Under the pieces are notes generated by a model, which was not told where the DNA came from, searched no databases, and worked only from the letters and a program-made list of their open reading frames with translations. This document shows positions 1 through 10,976 of a stretch of DNA of 64,000 nt, one piece after another. Location of the stretch: NCBI GenBank assembly GCA_001940845.1, contig MSGV01000023.1, positions 404,355-468,354 of the forward strand, read 5' to 3'. Made by a program: the position numbers and the translations under genes. Within the stretch, counting starts at the first letter, position 1; each line of letters opens with the position of its first letter. The DNA comes from Christensenellaceae bacterium Phil7. GTDB taxonomy: Bacteria > Bacillota > Clostridia > Christensenellales > CAG-138.

Positions 1-1394
1 GCAAATCTTTCATCACCATCCATTGTACGCTGAAAGCGTCTGGACAGATGCTCTCGCATTGCAAGATAGTCATCTCCATTTACCTCTTGCTTAGTTCTGA
101 ACCGTCTATACAGAGTCTTATCCGGCTTTCCATCTATGAATACAACCATAGAGCCAACGGTATCCCTTCCCTGCATATGGGAATTATCAAAGCACTCCAT
201 GCGATGCGGGAATGTATCCATGCCAACTATCTGCATCAGTTCCGTCAAAGCACCTTCTCCGCGTTCCCATTCGCGATGAGTCAACTCACGTTTTCTTTCT
301 ATCGTCTCCTGTGCATTCATTCTTGCTAATTCACCCTGTTTGAGCTTTTCCCCGCGCTGCGGCACATGGATTTTTACCTGATGACCGCATTGTTCTGTCA
401 AGCATCGAGCTATCAGCTCTTGATCCTCCGCTTCATCCATGATGATGATCTCCCTCGGGATTTGTGCCATTCCTATATAGAACTGTAATAGGAATTGAGC
501 AATTATCTCCGAAAACGATTCATCGGCAGCATTTATATTAAAGCTCTCCGCACTGATAACATTGCCGCCCCTTATAAAAAGACCATATACAACCGTTGCA
601 AGTTCGTTCCTTGCAAGCGCAAAAACATCGTAGCTATTATCCGACGCTGACGATGCTATTTGTTTTTCGGAAATGCTCTGCATAGCCCGAATTCTATCCC
701 TGTACTGCGCCGCCCTTTCGAAATCCAGCTTTTCCGAAGCCTCCGTCATTTTGCTCATCAAATCCTCAATATATGCCTTGCAATTCCCCTGAAAAAGGGC
801 TGAAACCTGATCCAGCAGCACCCTATACTCTTCCACGGAGATCTTGCCCGTACATGGGGCGCAGCATCTGCCTATATGGTACATCAAACAAGGACGCTCT
901 CCTCTGGCTATAGCTCTTCCAATATCCTTTTTGCACTGGCGGATAGGAAAGTGCTCACGCACTGCGGTTATCGATTCACGGAGCGCATAGCTGCTCAGAT
1001 ATGGACCAAAATACTTTGCGCCATCCTTCTTATATCGGCGAACGATCTCAACACGCGGATAATCCTGACGATAATCAATTCTTATATAAGGAAAATGTTT
1101 GTCATCTTTAAGCAGAATGTTATAGTACGGTTTATTCTGCTTGATGAGATTGCTTTCGAGATTCAAGGCCTCTGTTTCATTACCCACAATAACAAAATCG
1201 AAATCATCAATATTTGCAACCATTGAAGCTACCTTGGGCGGATGATTCTTAGAGGAATGAAAATATTGCCTGACGCGATTTTTGAGATTTACCGCCTTTC
1301 CGACATAGATCAATTCACCACGAGCGTTATACATTTTGTATACGCCCGGTTTATCCGGCAATAGCTTAAGTTTCGCTTCGATCCTATCATTCAT
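1..1394 (-). CDS. uvrC: Excinuclease ABC subunit C (UvrC); N-terminal ~464 aa, the 3' end lies beyond the left edge
   Basis: My own minus-strand translation starts at ATG 1394: MNDRIEAKLKLLPDKPGVYKMYNARGELIYVGKAVNLKNRVRQYF... This is the GIY-YIG module, followed by the Cys cluster CxxxxxxC and a UVR-like segment (FERAAQYRDRI). The ORF is missing from the track because it runs off the edge. Confidence 0.9.
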   Translation of the reverse strand, partial: MNDRIEAKLKLLPDKPGVYKMYNARGELIYVGKAVNLKNRVRQYFHSSKNHPPKVASMVANIDDFDFVIVGNETEALNLESNLIKQNKPYYNILLKDDKHFPYIRIDYRQDYPRVEIVRRYKKDGAKYFGPYLSSYALRESITAVREHFPIRQCKKDIGRAIARGERPCLMYHIGRCCAPCTGKISVEEYRVLLDQVSALFQGNCKAYIEDLMSKMTEASEKLDFERAAQYRDRIRAMQSISEKQIASSASDNSYDVFALARNELATVVYGLFIRGGNVISAESFNINAADESFSEIIAQFLLQFYIGMAQIPREIIIMDEAEDQELIARCLTEQCGHQVKIHVPQRGEKLKQGELARMNAQETIERKRELTHREWERGEGALTELMQIVGMDTFPHRMECFDNSHMQGRDTVGSMVVFIDGKPDKTLYRRFRTKQEVNGDDYLAMREHLSRRFQRTMDGDERF

Positions 1395-1528
1395 ACCTGC
1401 GTTCCTTTCTCCCTCAGATACATTATAAACTTTTTTACCGAAAAAGTGAACCATTTTTTATTTTGAATCGTTATATTGGCAGTGAGCACTTCAAGTGTTC
1501 ATACGAAAGTATTGGAGGTATCCAGTTC

Positions 1529-2830
1529 ATGAAAAAAATCAATCTTATCCTTCGGCTTGCCGCCATAATGCTTGCAGCATGCTTCTGCTTCGGCTGCACA
1601 TCGGGCGGTGTATCTATAACAACTCCTGATCCAAACAAACCCACTCCCGATCCGGAAAAGGTCAAGAATTTGATTACAGGTGAACAGTTCTCTTTGTCCG
1701 CCGGAAACGTCAGTAAAGCTTATATTGACTCTCTGAACTCCTTCTCAGCAAAAATGCTGCAAGAGCTTGGCAGCGATTGGACCGGTGTTGCTTCTCCTCT
1801 TTCGGTTCAGCTCGTCCTAAGTCTTCTAGCCAATGGTCTTTCCGATGAAGCTCAACAGCGGGAATTGCTCAGCGGGATCTGCTATGATGGAGAGCTCAAT
1901 GAGCTAAATGTAAGCGCAATGGCGTTCATTAACAGCCTCACCTCACCTAAAAAAGATTATTCCTCAAAGAATGCCGGCATTGCTAAGTTCACCCTGGCAA
2001 ATGCTGTATTCACCGAGGATGATCGAGAATTTAATTCCGAATTCGTTAATAATGCTTATAACTATTACGGTGCAGAACTTGGGAATATGGATTTTTCCAT
2101 TGCTGCTAATGCGATAGATGCGATAAATTCATGGGCAAGTGAAAAAACCAATGGTCTTATCGATCAGCTTATAAGCGCTATCCCGGATTCAACCCGTTCC
2201 GTGCTGCTCAATGCACTTTATTTCAATGCAGAATGGAGCAAGCCATTCACAGCATATAAGGGATCACTGGTCTTTCATGGGCTTAATGGTGATACCATGC
2301 GTACAATGCTGCGCAGTACAGGTGAATACTCTTATGGCAAATTTGCAGATGGAGAAATGCTGATCCTGCCATACAGCGGCAATGACTACAGCATGGCAAT
2401 CGTCCTCCCATCCGAAAGCCGTATACCCTCCGAATCGATGGCCGCACTCATGGGCAAATGGGATACATGTGAAATGAGGCAATGCTCTGTGACTATGCCA
2501 CAGTTAAAACTTGAAACCAACCTCGATATGCTCCCCATCCTAGCAAAAATGGGATTTGAGGATTTAACATCCGGCAATATGAGCTTCGATAGAATACTGA
2601 AGGATTCCGATCTCATAACCGATATGATCATTCATGGCGCTGCACTTAATGTCACCGAAAAGGGTACCGAAGCCGGTGCTGCCACGATTGCTGCGCTAAA
2701 CGAAGCCGCATCAGAAATAACCGATGATCCGATCGAATTCATATGTGATCGTCCCTATGCCATGGCCATATTTAATAATGAGACCGGCGCAGTCATCTTC
2801 GTTTCTGTTGTGAACGATTTGGTTTCATAA
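1529..2830 (+). CDS. Serpin-family serine protease inhibitor, predicted lipoprotein
   Basis: GGAGG lies 7-8 nt upstream of ATG 1529. The signal peptide plus lipobox reads MKKINLILRLAAIMLAACFCFG|C. The body is serpin-like, with the hinge EKGTEAGAAT and the distal motif FICDRPYAMAIF. Confidence 0.85.
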   Translation: MKKINLILRLAAIMLAACFCFGCTSGGVSITTPDPNKPTPDPEKVKNLITGEQFSLSAGNVSKAYIDSLNSFSAKMLQELGSDWTGVASPLSVQLVLSLLANGLSDEAQQRELLSGICYDGELNELNVSAMAFINSLTSPKKDYSSKNAGIAKFTLANAVFTEDDREFNSEFVNNAYNYYGAELGNMDFSIAANAIDAINSWASEKTNGLIDQLISAIPDSTRSVLLNALYFNAEWSKPFTAYKGSLVFHGLNGDTMRTMLRSTGEYSYGKFADGEMLILPYSGNDYSMAIVLPSESRIPSESMAALMGKWDTCEMRQCSVTMPQLKLETNLDMLPILAKMGFEDLTSGNMSFDRILKDSDLITDMIIHGAALNVTEKGTEAGAATIAALNEAASEITDDPIEFICDRPYAMAIFNNETGAVIFVSVVNDLVS

Positions 2831-2863
2831 CATTATCCCGCTGCTTTGCAGCTTTATATAACA

Positions 2864-2902
2864 ACTGTCATTGAGCAAGCATGCTGCTCGATGGCAGTTT
2901 TT
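2864..2902 (+). terminator. Rho-independent terminator after the serpin gene
   Basis: ACTGTCATTGAGC pairs with GCTCGATGGCAGT (13 bp, 2 G-U pairs), followed by TTTTT. Confidence 0.6.
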
Positions 2903-3064
2903 CACTAAAAAACGATATTGTTTCAATATACAGCACATCGAAGATGCTATTGATTTTATTGAATAAATAAATTATAATGAAACATTGAAAAGCATCATCA
3001 GCTTATAAATTATTACTATACCTGCCGTTTTGCTTGCAGCTTTATCGGCAGTTACGGAGGATAA

Positions 3065-4867
3065 ATGGCATTCCCTCGAGAATTGATTCGAAACTTTTGC
3101 ATTATTGCGCATATAGACCATGGGAAATCCACCCTTGCGGATAGGCTCATGGAGCTCACCGATACCGTGTCCGCGCGAGATATGGAGGAGCAGCTGCTGG
3201 ACTCCATGGATATTGAGCGAGAGCGCGGAATAACGATCAAATCCACCGCCGTGCGCATGTTCTATACCCATACCGACGGCAAGCGGTATATGCTCAATTT
3301 GATCGACACTCCCGGGCATGTGGACTTTACCTATGAGGTTAGCCGTGCGCTTGCAGCCTGTGAAGGTGCCGTTCTCATAGTTGATGCAACTCAGGGTATA
3401 GAAGCTCAGACTCTCGCTAATGTATACCTTGCTTTAGATAATGATCTTGAAATACTTCCAGTTATAAACAAAATTGATCTGCCATCTGCCGATCCTCAAA
3501 ATGCAATACATGAGATAGAGGATATCATAGGCATACCGGCAGAGGATGCTCCGCAGGTATCCGCAAAAACAGGTCTGAATGTAGAACAGTTGCTTTCGAG
3601 GATAGTTACCGACTTTCCGGCTCCCACCGGCGAGATTAAAGCACCCCTTCGTGCATTGATCTTCGATAGCTATTATGATAATTATAAGGGTGCACTAAGC
3701 TATGTGCGCATAGTTGAGGGCGTTGTTCGTGCCGGCGACAAGATACGATTTATGCACAGCGGCAACGAGTTTGAAGTAACAGAGGTTGGCGTCTTCACTC
3801 CCCGTTGGAAGCCCACCGATGAGCTTTCCGCCGGAGAAGTTGGCTATATCTCCGCTTCCATCAAATCTGTTGCAGAAACAAAGGTCGGCGATACCATAAC
3901 CCTTGTTGATAATCCTGCACCCGAGCCCTTGCAAGGTTATAAACATGCAAGCCCGATGGTATTCTGCGGCATTTATCCGGCAGACGGTGCCGAATATGAA
4001 AATCTGCGCGATGCGCTTGAAAAGCTCATTCTTAACGATGCATCCATATCATATGAACCGGAAACCTCCCAAGCTCTTGGCTATGGTTTCCGCTGCGGTT
4101 TTCTTGGACTACTTCATATGGAAATAGCTCAGGAGCGGCTTGAGCGCGAATTCGATCTCAATCTTGTCACGACTGCACCGAGTGTTGTATATCGAGTTGT
4201 GACAATGGATGGAAGCGAACATTGGATCGATAATCCTAGTAACCTTCCCGATCCATCTCAGATCGAACGCATGGAAGAACCTATGTGCAAGGCGCATATT
4301 ATGACTCCACCGGAATATGTCGGAACTATAATGGAGCTATGCCAGGAAAAGCGCGGAATATTCCGCGATATGGTCTATCTTGAAGAAACCAGGGTCAAGC
4401 TCACATACAATATTCCGCTCAACGAGATAATCTTTGATTTCTTTGATAATTTAAAGAGCAGAAGCCGCGGTTATGCATCTTTTGACTATGAGATAGAGGA
4501 TTATGTGCAATCCGATCTTGTGAAGCTCGATTTTCTGCTCAATGGAGACATGTGCGATGCGCTCTCTACAATAGTGCATCGTGATAAAGCATATTCAAAG
4601 GGACGTGCGGTAGCGGAGAAGTTGCAGGAAGTCATCCCTCGGCAACAATTTGAGATTCCCATTCAAGCCGCAATCGGAGGCAAGATCATCGCCAGAGAAA
4701 CGGTGCGTGCACTTCGGAAGGATGTGCTTGCAAAATGCTATGGTGGTGACATAACGCGCAAAAAAAAGCTGCTCGAAAAGCAGAAAGAGGGTAAAAAGAG
4801 GATGCGTCAAATAGGTTCTGTTGAATTGCCGAGTGAAGCTTTCATGAGCGTCTTGAGGATAAACTGA
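3065..4867 (+). CDS. lepA: Translation elongation factor 4 (LepA)
   Basis: N-terminus [20 protein letters not shown], then DTPGHVDF and NKIDL GTPase motifs. The 600-aa length fits LepA. Confidence 0.97.
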   Translation: MAFPRELIRNFCIIAHIDHGKSTLADRLMELTDTVSARDMEEQLLDSMDIERERGITIKSTAVRMFYTHTDGKRYMLNLIDTPGHVDFTYEVSRALAACEGAVLIVDATQGIEAQTLANVYLALDNDLEILPVINKIDLPSADPQNAIHEIEDIIGIPAEDAPQVSAKTGLNVEQLLSRIVTDFPAPTGEIKAPLRALIFDSYYDNYKGALSYVRIVEGVVRAGDKIRFMHSGNEFEVTEVGVFTPRWKPTDELSAGEVGYISASIKSVAETKVGDTITLVDNPAPEPLQGYKHASPMVFCGIYPADGAEYENLRDALEKLILNDASISYEPETSQALGYGFRCGFLGLLHMEIAQERLEREFDLNLVTTAPSVVYRVVTMDGSEHWIDNPSNLPDPSQIERMEEPMCKAHIMTPPEYVGTIMELCQEKRGIFRDMVYLEETRVKLTYNIPLNEIIFDFFDNLKSRSRGYASFDYEIEDYVQSDLVKLDFLLNGDMCDALSTIVHRDKAYSKGRAVAEKLQEVIPRQQFEIPIQAAIGGKIIARETVRALRKDVLAKCYGGDITRKKKLLEKQKEGKKRMRQIGSVELPSEAFMSVLRIN

Positions 4868-6003
4868 TGGCAGGCATCTACGTTCATATCCCGTTTTGTA
4901 AGCGCAAATGTAAATACTGTGATTTTGTAAGTCTTGCAGGTGTGCACGATTATTCCGCATATGCTGCGGCATTAATAAGCGAAATAAGACTGTATAAACC
5001 CCTCGTTGAAGGTCGTATCTTTGATACCATTTTCATCGGCGGCGGTACTCCGAGTCTGCTTCCCATCGAGCTTGTTTGCGCTATTGTTGATGAGTTGAGG
5101 TCATGCTTCGATATTGTGAAAAGCCCCGAGTTTACCATCGAAGCCAATCCTGAATCACTGACTTTTGAAAAATTGAATGTCTATCGAAACCTTGGAATTA
5201 ATAGGCTTTCTATCGGACTGCAAAGCGGTGATGATGATGTACTGCGCGCCATCGGAAGGATTCATGATAAGGCTGCATTTATCAATGCCTTTGATGCCGC
5301 AAGAGCCGCTGGTTTTAATAATATCAATGTAGATCTAATGCATGGTCTGCCAGGTCAAAGTACCAGTTCTTATCTTGACAGCATTCGTTTGGCCTGTAAA
5401 CTGGAATGCGAGCATATATCTTCATACTCGCTGATCTTAGAAGAGCATACACAGCTCTACTCAGATGTCATAAACGGAAAAATCACTCTGCCGGATGAAG
5501 ATACAGCAGCCGAAATGGAAGATTCTGGATTTATGCTGATGAATGAATTCGGCTATATGCGGTACGAGATCAGCAATTTTTCAAAACCCGGCTATGAATG
5601 CAAGCATAATCTAAACTATTGGGATAATGGGGAATATCTCGGTTTAGGGCTCAATGCTCATTCGGCCATGCATTTCTCAAATCGTTGGGTTCGCTGGGCA
5701 AATGAAGCTTCGCTTTCTTCATATATAATCAAGGCTGCAAACGGAAAGCTGCCTGTTGAAACGACAGAGGAGATCGACCGTGATGAGGAGATGTTTGAAA
5801 CAATAATGGTTGGTCTACGCAAGACTGCCGGAATCAGCCGTCGCTCCTTCGTCGAACGCTTTGGCATCGATCCGGTCGAACATTATGCTTCGGCAATATC
5901 TGAGGCAATTCTCGATGGATTCATGGAGGTCTCTGATGATTATATCCGTCTTTCCAATCGGGGATTGGATTTTCAAAACGAAGTTCTTCTCAAGTTTATG
6001 TAA
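4867..6003 (+). CDS. hemW: Radical SAM heme chaperone HemW / HemN-like protein
   Basis: CxxxCxxC radical SAM motif (PFCKRKCKYCDF) and a HemN C-terminal-like region. The start overlaps the lepA stop (TGATG). Confidence 0.9.
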   Translation: MAGIYVHIPFCKRKCKYCDFVSLAGVHDYSAYAAALISEIRLYKPLVEGRIFDTIFIGGGTPSLLPIELVCAIVDELRSCFDIVKSPEFTIEANPESLTFEKLNVYRNLGINRLSIGLQSGDDDVLRAIGRIHDKAAFINAFDAARAAGFNNINVDLMHGLPGQSTSSYLDSIRLACKLECEHISSYSLILEEHTQLYSDVINGKITLPDEDTAAEMEDSGFMLMNEFGYMRYEISNFSKPGYECKHNLNYWDNGEYLGLGLNAHSAMHFSNRWVRWANEASLSSYIIKAANGKLPVETTEEIDRDEEMFETIMVGLRKTAGISRRSFVERFGIDPVEHYASAISEAILDGFMEVSDDYIRLSNRGLDFQNEVLLKFM

Positions 6004-6160
6004 AATTTCATATCGAAATATTGACTGCAGCGGATTAAATCCGGTCTGCGGCAGTCAATTTAGCGGCTATTATCAACTACTAATGGTTGCGATCGTTACG
6101 ATCATTGCTTCTCTCCGTATAAAGAATCATTGAGTCATAATGCATAAATGGCTATCATGC

Positions 6161-6189
6161 TTGACAACCAACGCAACATTTGGTATCAT
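6161..6189 (+). promoter_or_regulatory. Sigma-A-type promoter upstream of proS
   Basis: TTGACA (6161-6166), 17-nt spacer, TATCAT (6184-6189), with TG two nt upstream of the -10. Confidence 0.55.
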
Positions 6190-6356
6190 TTGATAAGATT
6201 ACATCCGGTGTATCCATGCTCACTATTTCCATGAATTCCAGTTCTTTTTGAGCTGAATGCATCTCCCCCGCTCAATGCTTTGGCGCAAATGAATCAAAAT
6301 GCACCCTGCAGAGCTTCGGGTTTGGATGAAGCTTATCTGAAAGGCGATATATTTCA

Positions 6357-8102
6357 ATGAAAATGAGTCAATTACTGGGTCTGCGCTTTAAAGAGACCCC
6401 TGCGGACTGCCAGATAGCCAGCCAGATACTTATGCTGCGCGGCGGATATATTAAAGGCGTGGGCAATGGCATATATTCACTATTCACCCCCACTAAGCGT
6501 ATAACTCAAAAAATAGAAGCGATCCTGCGTGATGAAATGGATCGCATTGGCGGCCAGGAGGTCATGTTCCCTGTTACACTACCTGCGGATCTTTGGAAGG
6601 AATCCGGCAGATTTGAAAGCGTTGGCAGCGAACTGCTCCGCTTCAAAGACAGAAGCGGCAATGATATGATTCTTGGTATGACTCACGAAGAGGCTGCGGT
6701 ACATCTTGCCCGTAATACGGCTCAATCATATGCAGACTATCCCTTCATGATTTATCAGATCCAGACAAAGTTCAGGGATGAGCCACGAGCAAGGGGCGGT
6801 TTGATCCGTGTCAGGGAATTCACCATGAAAGATGCCTATTCATTCCACACCTCTCAAGAAGATCTGGAAAATTATTATAAGGAATGCTATGATGCCTATC
6901 ATCGCATCTTCGCCCGTGTTGGCATACCGGAGGTATTCGCCGTTAAATCAGATTCCGGAATGATGGGCGGTAAAGTTGCGCATGAGTTTATGCTTCCAAC
7001 GGAGATTGGCGAGGATACACTCGTAATCTGCGATGAATGCGATTATCGTTCAAATATGGAGGTCGCTCCCTGCATAGTCGAAAATGAGGTTGCTCCCGAT
7101 GCTGAGCTCGAAATGGTTTCCACCCCCGATACCAAAACAATAGACGAGCTTTGTGAGCTTCTCAAAATAACTCCCAAGCAGACCTGCAAGGCTGTGCTCT
7201 ACCGTAAAGAAATCGACGATTCACTTGTTGTCATCTTCATTCGCGGGGATCTTGAAGTCAACGAGATCAAACTCCGCAACTATCTGAAGAGCGAAATTCG
7301 TCCTGAAAACGCTGATGAGCATGAATCCGATATTACCTATGGATTCATTGGACCAGTTGGATTCAATGCCAAGGCATCGATCATTTTTGATCGCTCGCTG
7401 ATCGGCACTCATAATCTGGTTACCGGTGCTAATAAAACCGATTTTCATTATATTGGGTTCACCCCAGAACGCGACATTCCTTCGCCCATCGACTTCATTG
7501 ATGTCGCTAAGACCTATGATGGTGCTATATGCCCGATCTGCGGCAAGAAATCCATAAAAACCATTAGGGGCATCGAGGTCGGTAATATCTTTCAGCTTGG
7601 CACCAAGTATACCGATACAATGAACATGCGTTATTCCGATAAGAATGGAGAAATGCAAACTCCCATCATGGGATGCTATGGCATTGGTATTGGTAGGCTT
7701 GCCGCTTCGGTATGTGAAGCACGCAGGGATGATTACGGTCCAATTTGGCCCATATCCATTGCCCCTTGGCAGGTGCATATCTGCGCTCTGCGCAGCGACA
7801 ATCCACTCGTTGCAGAAACTGCCAATCGGGTGTATTCCGAACTGCTGGCAAAGGGTGTCGAAGTGCTGTTTGATGACCGTCCCGTCAGTGCCGGCTTCAT
7901 GTTTTCCGATGCCGACTTGCTTGGAGTTCCCATCAGGATAACTATCAGCCCAAAGACCTGCTCACGCGGAGTTGCAGAGGTATCCCTCAGGGATAAATCA
8001 TTTAAGCAGGATATGCAGCTTGACACTCTCACCGATGATATTCGCAATATGGTCGATGAACTGTTGAGCAAGTTCAGTCATGAAGCCGTTATGACACGCT
8101 GA
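6357..8102 (+). CDS. proS: Proline--tRNA ligase (bacterial type with editing insertion)
   Basis: 581 aa. Class II aaRS motifs and a ProRS-typical N-terminus (MKMSQLLGLRFKETPADCQIASQILMLRGGYI). Confidence 0.97.
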   Translation: MKMSQLLGLRFKETPADCQIASQILMLRGGYIKGVGNGIYSLFTPTKRITQKIEAILRDEMDRIGGQEVMFPVTLPADLWKESGRFESVGSELLRFKDRSGNDMILGMTHEEAAVHLARNTAQSYADYPFMIYQIQTKFRDEPRARGGLIRVREFTMKDAYSFHTSQEDLENYYKECYDAYHRIFARVGIPEVFAVKSDSGMMGGKVAHEFMLPTEIGEDTLVICDECDYRSNMEVAPCIVENEVAPDAELEMVSTPDTKTIDELCELLKITPKQTCKAVLYRKEIDDSLVVIFIRGDLEVNEIKLRNYLKSEIRPENADEHESDITYGFIGPVGFNAKASIIFDRSLIGTHNLVTGANKTDFHYIGFTPERDIPSPIDFIDVAKTYDGAICPICGKKSIKTIRGIEVGNIFQLGTKYTDTMNMRYSDKNGEMQTPIMGCYGIGIGRLAASVCEARRDDYGPIWPISIAPWQVHICALRSDNPLVAETANRVYSELLAKGVEVLFDDRPVSAGFMFSDADLLGVPIRITISPKTCSRGVAEVSLRDKSFKQDMQLDTLTDDIRNMVDELLSKFSHEAVMTR

Positions 8103-8149
8103 GTCTTTGTATTAAATTTGCAGCGATTCGCTTTGTAGGAGGGTGAATT

Positions 8150-8551
8150 ATGATAAGAATCGGAATAAATGGCATAAAAGAAACGATCGTTACCGAGGAA
8201 ACGACCGCTAAACATATGCTAAGCGGTCAGATGCCTGTCTACGCAACCCCATCTTTGGTTGCTTTCGTTGAATATACCTGTTCCGAAAGCGTCCAGTCAT
8301 ATCTTGAGGCTGGCACAGGAACAGTCGGAACCAGGGTTGATATAAAGCATATTGCTGCATCACCTATTGGCGCAAATATTCGATGCGAAAGCGAACTCAT
8401 AGATTTTGAAGGAAGAAAGTTGAGCTTCGCATTCAAAGTCTTTGATGATTTTGAGCAAGTCGCCGAGGGGAGGCATGAACGCTTCATCATCGATGAAGCC
8501 AGATTCATGAGCAAAATAAATGCAAAAATATCCAAATTGCAAAACCGCTAA
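8150..8551 (+). CDS. Hotdog-fold thioesterase family protein
   Basis: 133 aa with a pattern like small acyl-CoA thioesterases (VYATPSLVAFVEYTC...GTRVDIKHIAASPIG). Confidence 0.75.
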   Translation: MIRIGINGIKETIVTEETTAKHMLSGQMPVYATPSLVAFVEYTCSESVQSYLEAGTGTVGTRVDIKHIAASPIGANIRCESELIDFEGRKLSFAFKVFDDFEQVAEGRHERFIIDEARFMSKINAKISKLQNR

Positions 8552-8570
8552 TGTTTTAAACTGATTTTGA

Positions 8571-8603
8571 ATCGAACGCAGCATTTTTCTGCGTTCGATT
8601 TTA
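8571..8603 (+). terminator. Rho-independent terminator
   Basis: 11-bp perfect stem ATCGAACGCAG/CTGCGTTCGAT, 7-nt loop, then TTTTAT. Confidence 0.8.
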
Positions 8604-8952
8604 TAAATCAATTAAAGTTGATAAAAATGAAATCACATATCCAACTATCATTTGACCCGCCCCATGCATCGCTTAAATTTTTCTATTTCCCCTTACGCCT
8701 TACTGAATTAATCCCCTGCTCAAAGTTTTAAAACTTTGAGCAATGCTGAAACAAGGTGTTCAAAAATAAAACTCAGCACTGTAAATCCTTTTCTTTCTCC
8801 TGAAATGTTAAAAATCAGATTTAACAATATTATATAAACCTATCTATATGATTCAGATGCTGCGCGCAAAAGCAAATAAAAATCTGCCATAAACGAATTG
8901 TCACATTTACAGCAGATTATTTATTCAAATACAATTCTATTGGAGACTCCGA

Positions 8953-10200
8953 TTAACCAACCTCAGGATAGAGCGGGTATTTTTCGGTGAGCTTTGCAAC
9001 CTCAGCTTTTACCTCTTCAATCGCCTCTTCTCCCTTAAAGACGATCTTCGCTATCAATCCGGCTATGATCCTCATATCATCTTCCTTAAATCCGCGTGTA
9101 GTCAAGGCGGGGGTTCCTATACGGATACCGGAGGTAACGAACGGACTGCGTGTTTCAAACGGAATCGTGTTTTTATTAACGGTTATATTTGCACTATCAA
9201 GAAGGTTTTCGACCTCCTTACCGGTTCGTCCGCTTGCATTAAGATCAACAAGCATCAAATGATTGTCGGTACCACCCGACACGATCCTAAGCCCTGCATT
9301 CTGAAGCTCTTCTGCCAGCACCTTTGCATTTCTGATCACCTGCGCCTGATATTCCTTGAATTCAGGCTGAAGTGCTTCATGGAAGCAAGCCGCCTTAGCT
9401 GCGATAGTATGCATGAGAGGACCGCCCTGAGTTCCGGGGAAAATGCCCTTATCTATTGCCTTTGCATACTCTTCCTTGCAAAGGATTATTCCTCCGCGAG
9501 GGCCTCTAAGGGTCTTATGGGTGGTGCTTGTAACTACATCAGCATATTCAACGGGATTCATATGCAGACCAGCAGCAACGAGACCCGCAATATGTGCCAT
9601 ATCCACCATGAAGATCGCGCCAACCTCACGGGCAATATCCGCAAGTATGTCAAAACGAATAGCTCTTGGATATGCGCTTGCACCGGCCACGATCAGCTTT
9701 GGGTTACATTCCTTTGCTATTTGGCGAACCTCATCATAATCAATCATCTCGTCTTTTTGGCTTACACCATATGGCACGATGTTAAAATATTTACCGCTCA
9801 TATTTACGGGACTGCCATGCGTAAGATGGCCGCCATGATTGAGATTCATTCCCATGATGGTATCGCCCGGATTAAGCAGTGCAAAATATACCGAAAGGTT
9901 TGCCTGTGCTCCGGAATGGGGCTGAACATTTGCATGATCGGCTCCAAATAGCTTCTTCAAACGTTCGCGTGCAAGGTCTTCAACCTTATCTACACACTCA
10001 CAACCACCATAATAACGCTTTCCGGGATAACCCTCAGCATATTTATTGGTAAGATGGCTTCCCATTGCCGCCATAACGGTCTCACTAACAAAATTCTCGG
10101 ATGCAATGAGTTCAAGATGGCTGCGCTGGCGAGCAAGCTCATCCTCCATATATCCACAAAGCTCGGGATCGTGAGCACGAATCAAATCAAACTGGATCAT
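8953..10200 (-). CDS. glyA: Serine hydroxymethyltransferase
   Basis: SHMT signature ([12 protein letters not shown]). I chose the start at ATG 10200 because GGAGG lies 5 nt upstream. Confidence 0.97.
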   Translation of the reverse strand: MIQFDLIRAHDPELCGYMEDELARQRSHLELIASENFVSETVMAAMGSHLTNKYAEGYPGKRYYGGCECVDKVEDLARERLKKLFGADHANVQPHSGAQANLSVYFALLNPGDTIMGMNLNHGGHLTHGSPVNMSGKYFNIVPYGVSQKDEMIDYDEVRQIAKECNPKLIVAGASAYPRAIRFDILADIAREVGAIFMVDMAHIAGLVAAGLHMNPVEYADVVTSTTHKTLRGPRGGIILCKEEYAKAIDKGIFPGTQGGPLMHTIAAKAACFHEALQPEFKEYQAQVIRNAKVLAEELQNAGLRIVSGGTDNHLMLVDLNASGRTGKEVENLLDSANITVNKNTIPFETRSPFVTSGIRIGTPALTTRGFKEDDMRIIAGLIAKIVFKGEEAIEEVKAEVAKLTEKYPLYPEVG

Positions 10201-10294
10201 GATAACCTCCAAAGGATTAAATTACCTGTGGAGTATTATAATACAAAAATCCATAATCAGCAACACAAAAACAATAATATAATAAGTTCGATGG

Positions 10295-10954
10295 TCAAAC
10301 TTGCATTCTATCGCATTTATTCTTTACAATCTGTGCAGCATACTCCCACGCTATACGCTCAATTTCTGTAAAATTGCCACTTTCGATGAGACTACGGCGA
10401 AATAGCCCTGAGCTTATTCCAAATGCGCAGGCTCCTGCTTCATGAAAAGCAGCAATATTATCGAGAGTTATCCCAGCAACAGCTGCAAGTTTGATATGTG
10501 AAAGCGGAGCACGAATTGCTTTAAAGTATTCAATGCCCAGTTCTCCCGCCGGGAAGAGCTTCACTATATCAGCTCCCGCCAAATGAGCCTCCATTATCTC
10601 CGATGGTGTCATCGCTCCTGGTACGGAAACAAGCCCTAAAGATTTTGTTCTTCTGATTATTCCTGCATCGGTATTTGGTGAAACAACATAGCTTGCACCT
10701 GCCTCATATGCAAATGCCAGCTGCTCTTCTGTCAATACCGTTCCTGCGCCTATAGCTGAATCCGGGAATTCCACCCTAAGCATACGGATAGCTTCTGCGG
10801 TTCTCTCCATGCTTCCATTCTGTTCAAAGGTTACTTCAAATGCGCGTATTCCCGACTTGTGCATTGCATTTACTGCATTTATTAACCCTTCTCCATAGAA
10901 CCCTCGTGCGATCGCAATAATGCCCGTATCCAGTATTGTGTCTAATGTATTCAT
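10295..10954 (-). CDS. eda: 2-dehydro-3-deoxyphosphogluconate / 4-hydroxy-2-oxoglutarate aldolase
   Basis: 219 aa KDPG-aldolase-like sequence (GIIAIARG..., IRAFEVTF, GAGTVL, VKLFPA). Confidence 0.85.
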   Translation of the reverse strand: MNTLDTILDTGIIAIARGFYGEGLINAVNAMHKSGIRAFEVTFEQNGSMERTAEAIRMLRVEFPDSAIGAGTVLTEEQLAFAYEAGASYVVSPNTDAGIIRRTKSLGLVSVPGAMTPSEIMEAHLAGADIVKLFPAGELGIEYFKAIRAPLSHIKLAAVAGITLDNIAAFHEAGACAFGISSGLFRRSLIESGNFTEIERIAWEYAAQIVKNKCDRMQV

Positions 10955-10976
10955 ATTCCCTCGCTAAATTTTTGAA

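Noticed and set aside
48-1226. Track ORFs 48-329 and 876-1226 on the plus strand
   Set aside because: Both lie antisense inside the uvrC coding sequence. That sequence reads through the whole interval on the minus strand and is missing from the track only because it is edge-truncated.
5810-6133. 107-aa plus-strand ORF overlapping the end of hemW and the following gap
   Set aside because: It overlaps hemW out of frame and spans the hairpin at 6020-6062. It has no RBS and an implausible composition.
6130-6356. Possible T-box leader upstream of proS, which has a long 5' region of about 165 nt after a good promoter
   Set aside because: I could not find the conserved T-box sequence (..GGGTGGTACCGCG..), a specifier-loop/AGAGA architecture or a terminator with a U-tract. 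Only weak 5-6 bp stems are present. An Rfam RF00230 scan would settle it.
9259-9951. Long ORFs antisense to well-supported genes. These are 9259-9951 in glyA, 45305-46426 in glyQS, 53276-53926 in the M50 protease gene, 17518-18090 in tig, 7221-7778 in proS and 20214-20741 in clpX
   Set aside because: They are shadow ORFs opposite highly conserved coding sequence. Their amino-acid composition is low-complexity or odd, and they have no RBS.
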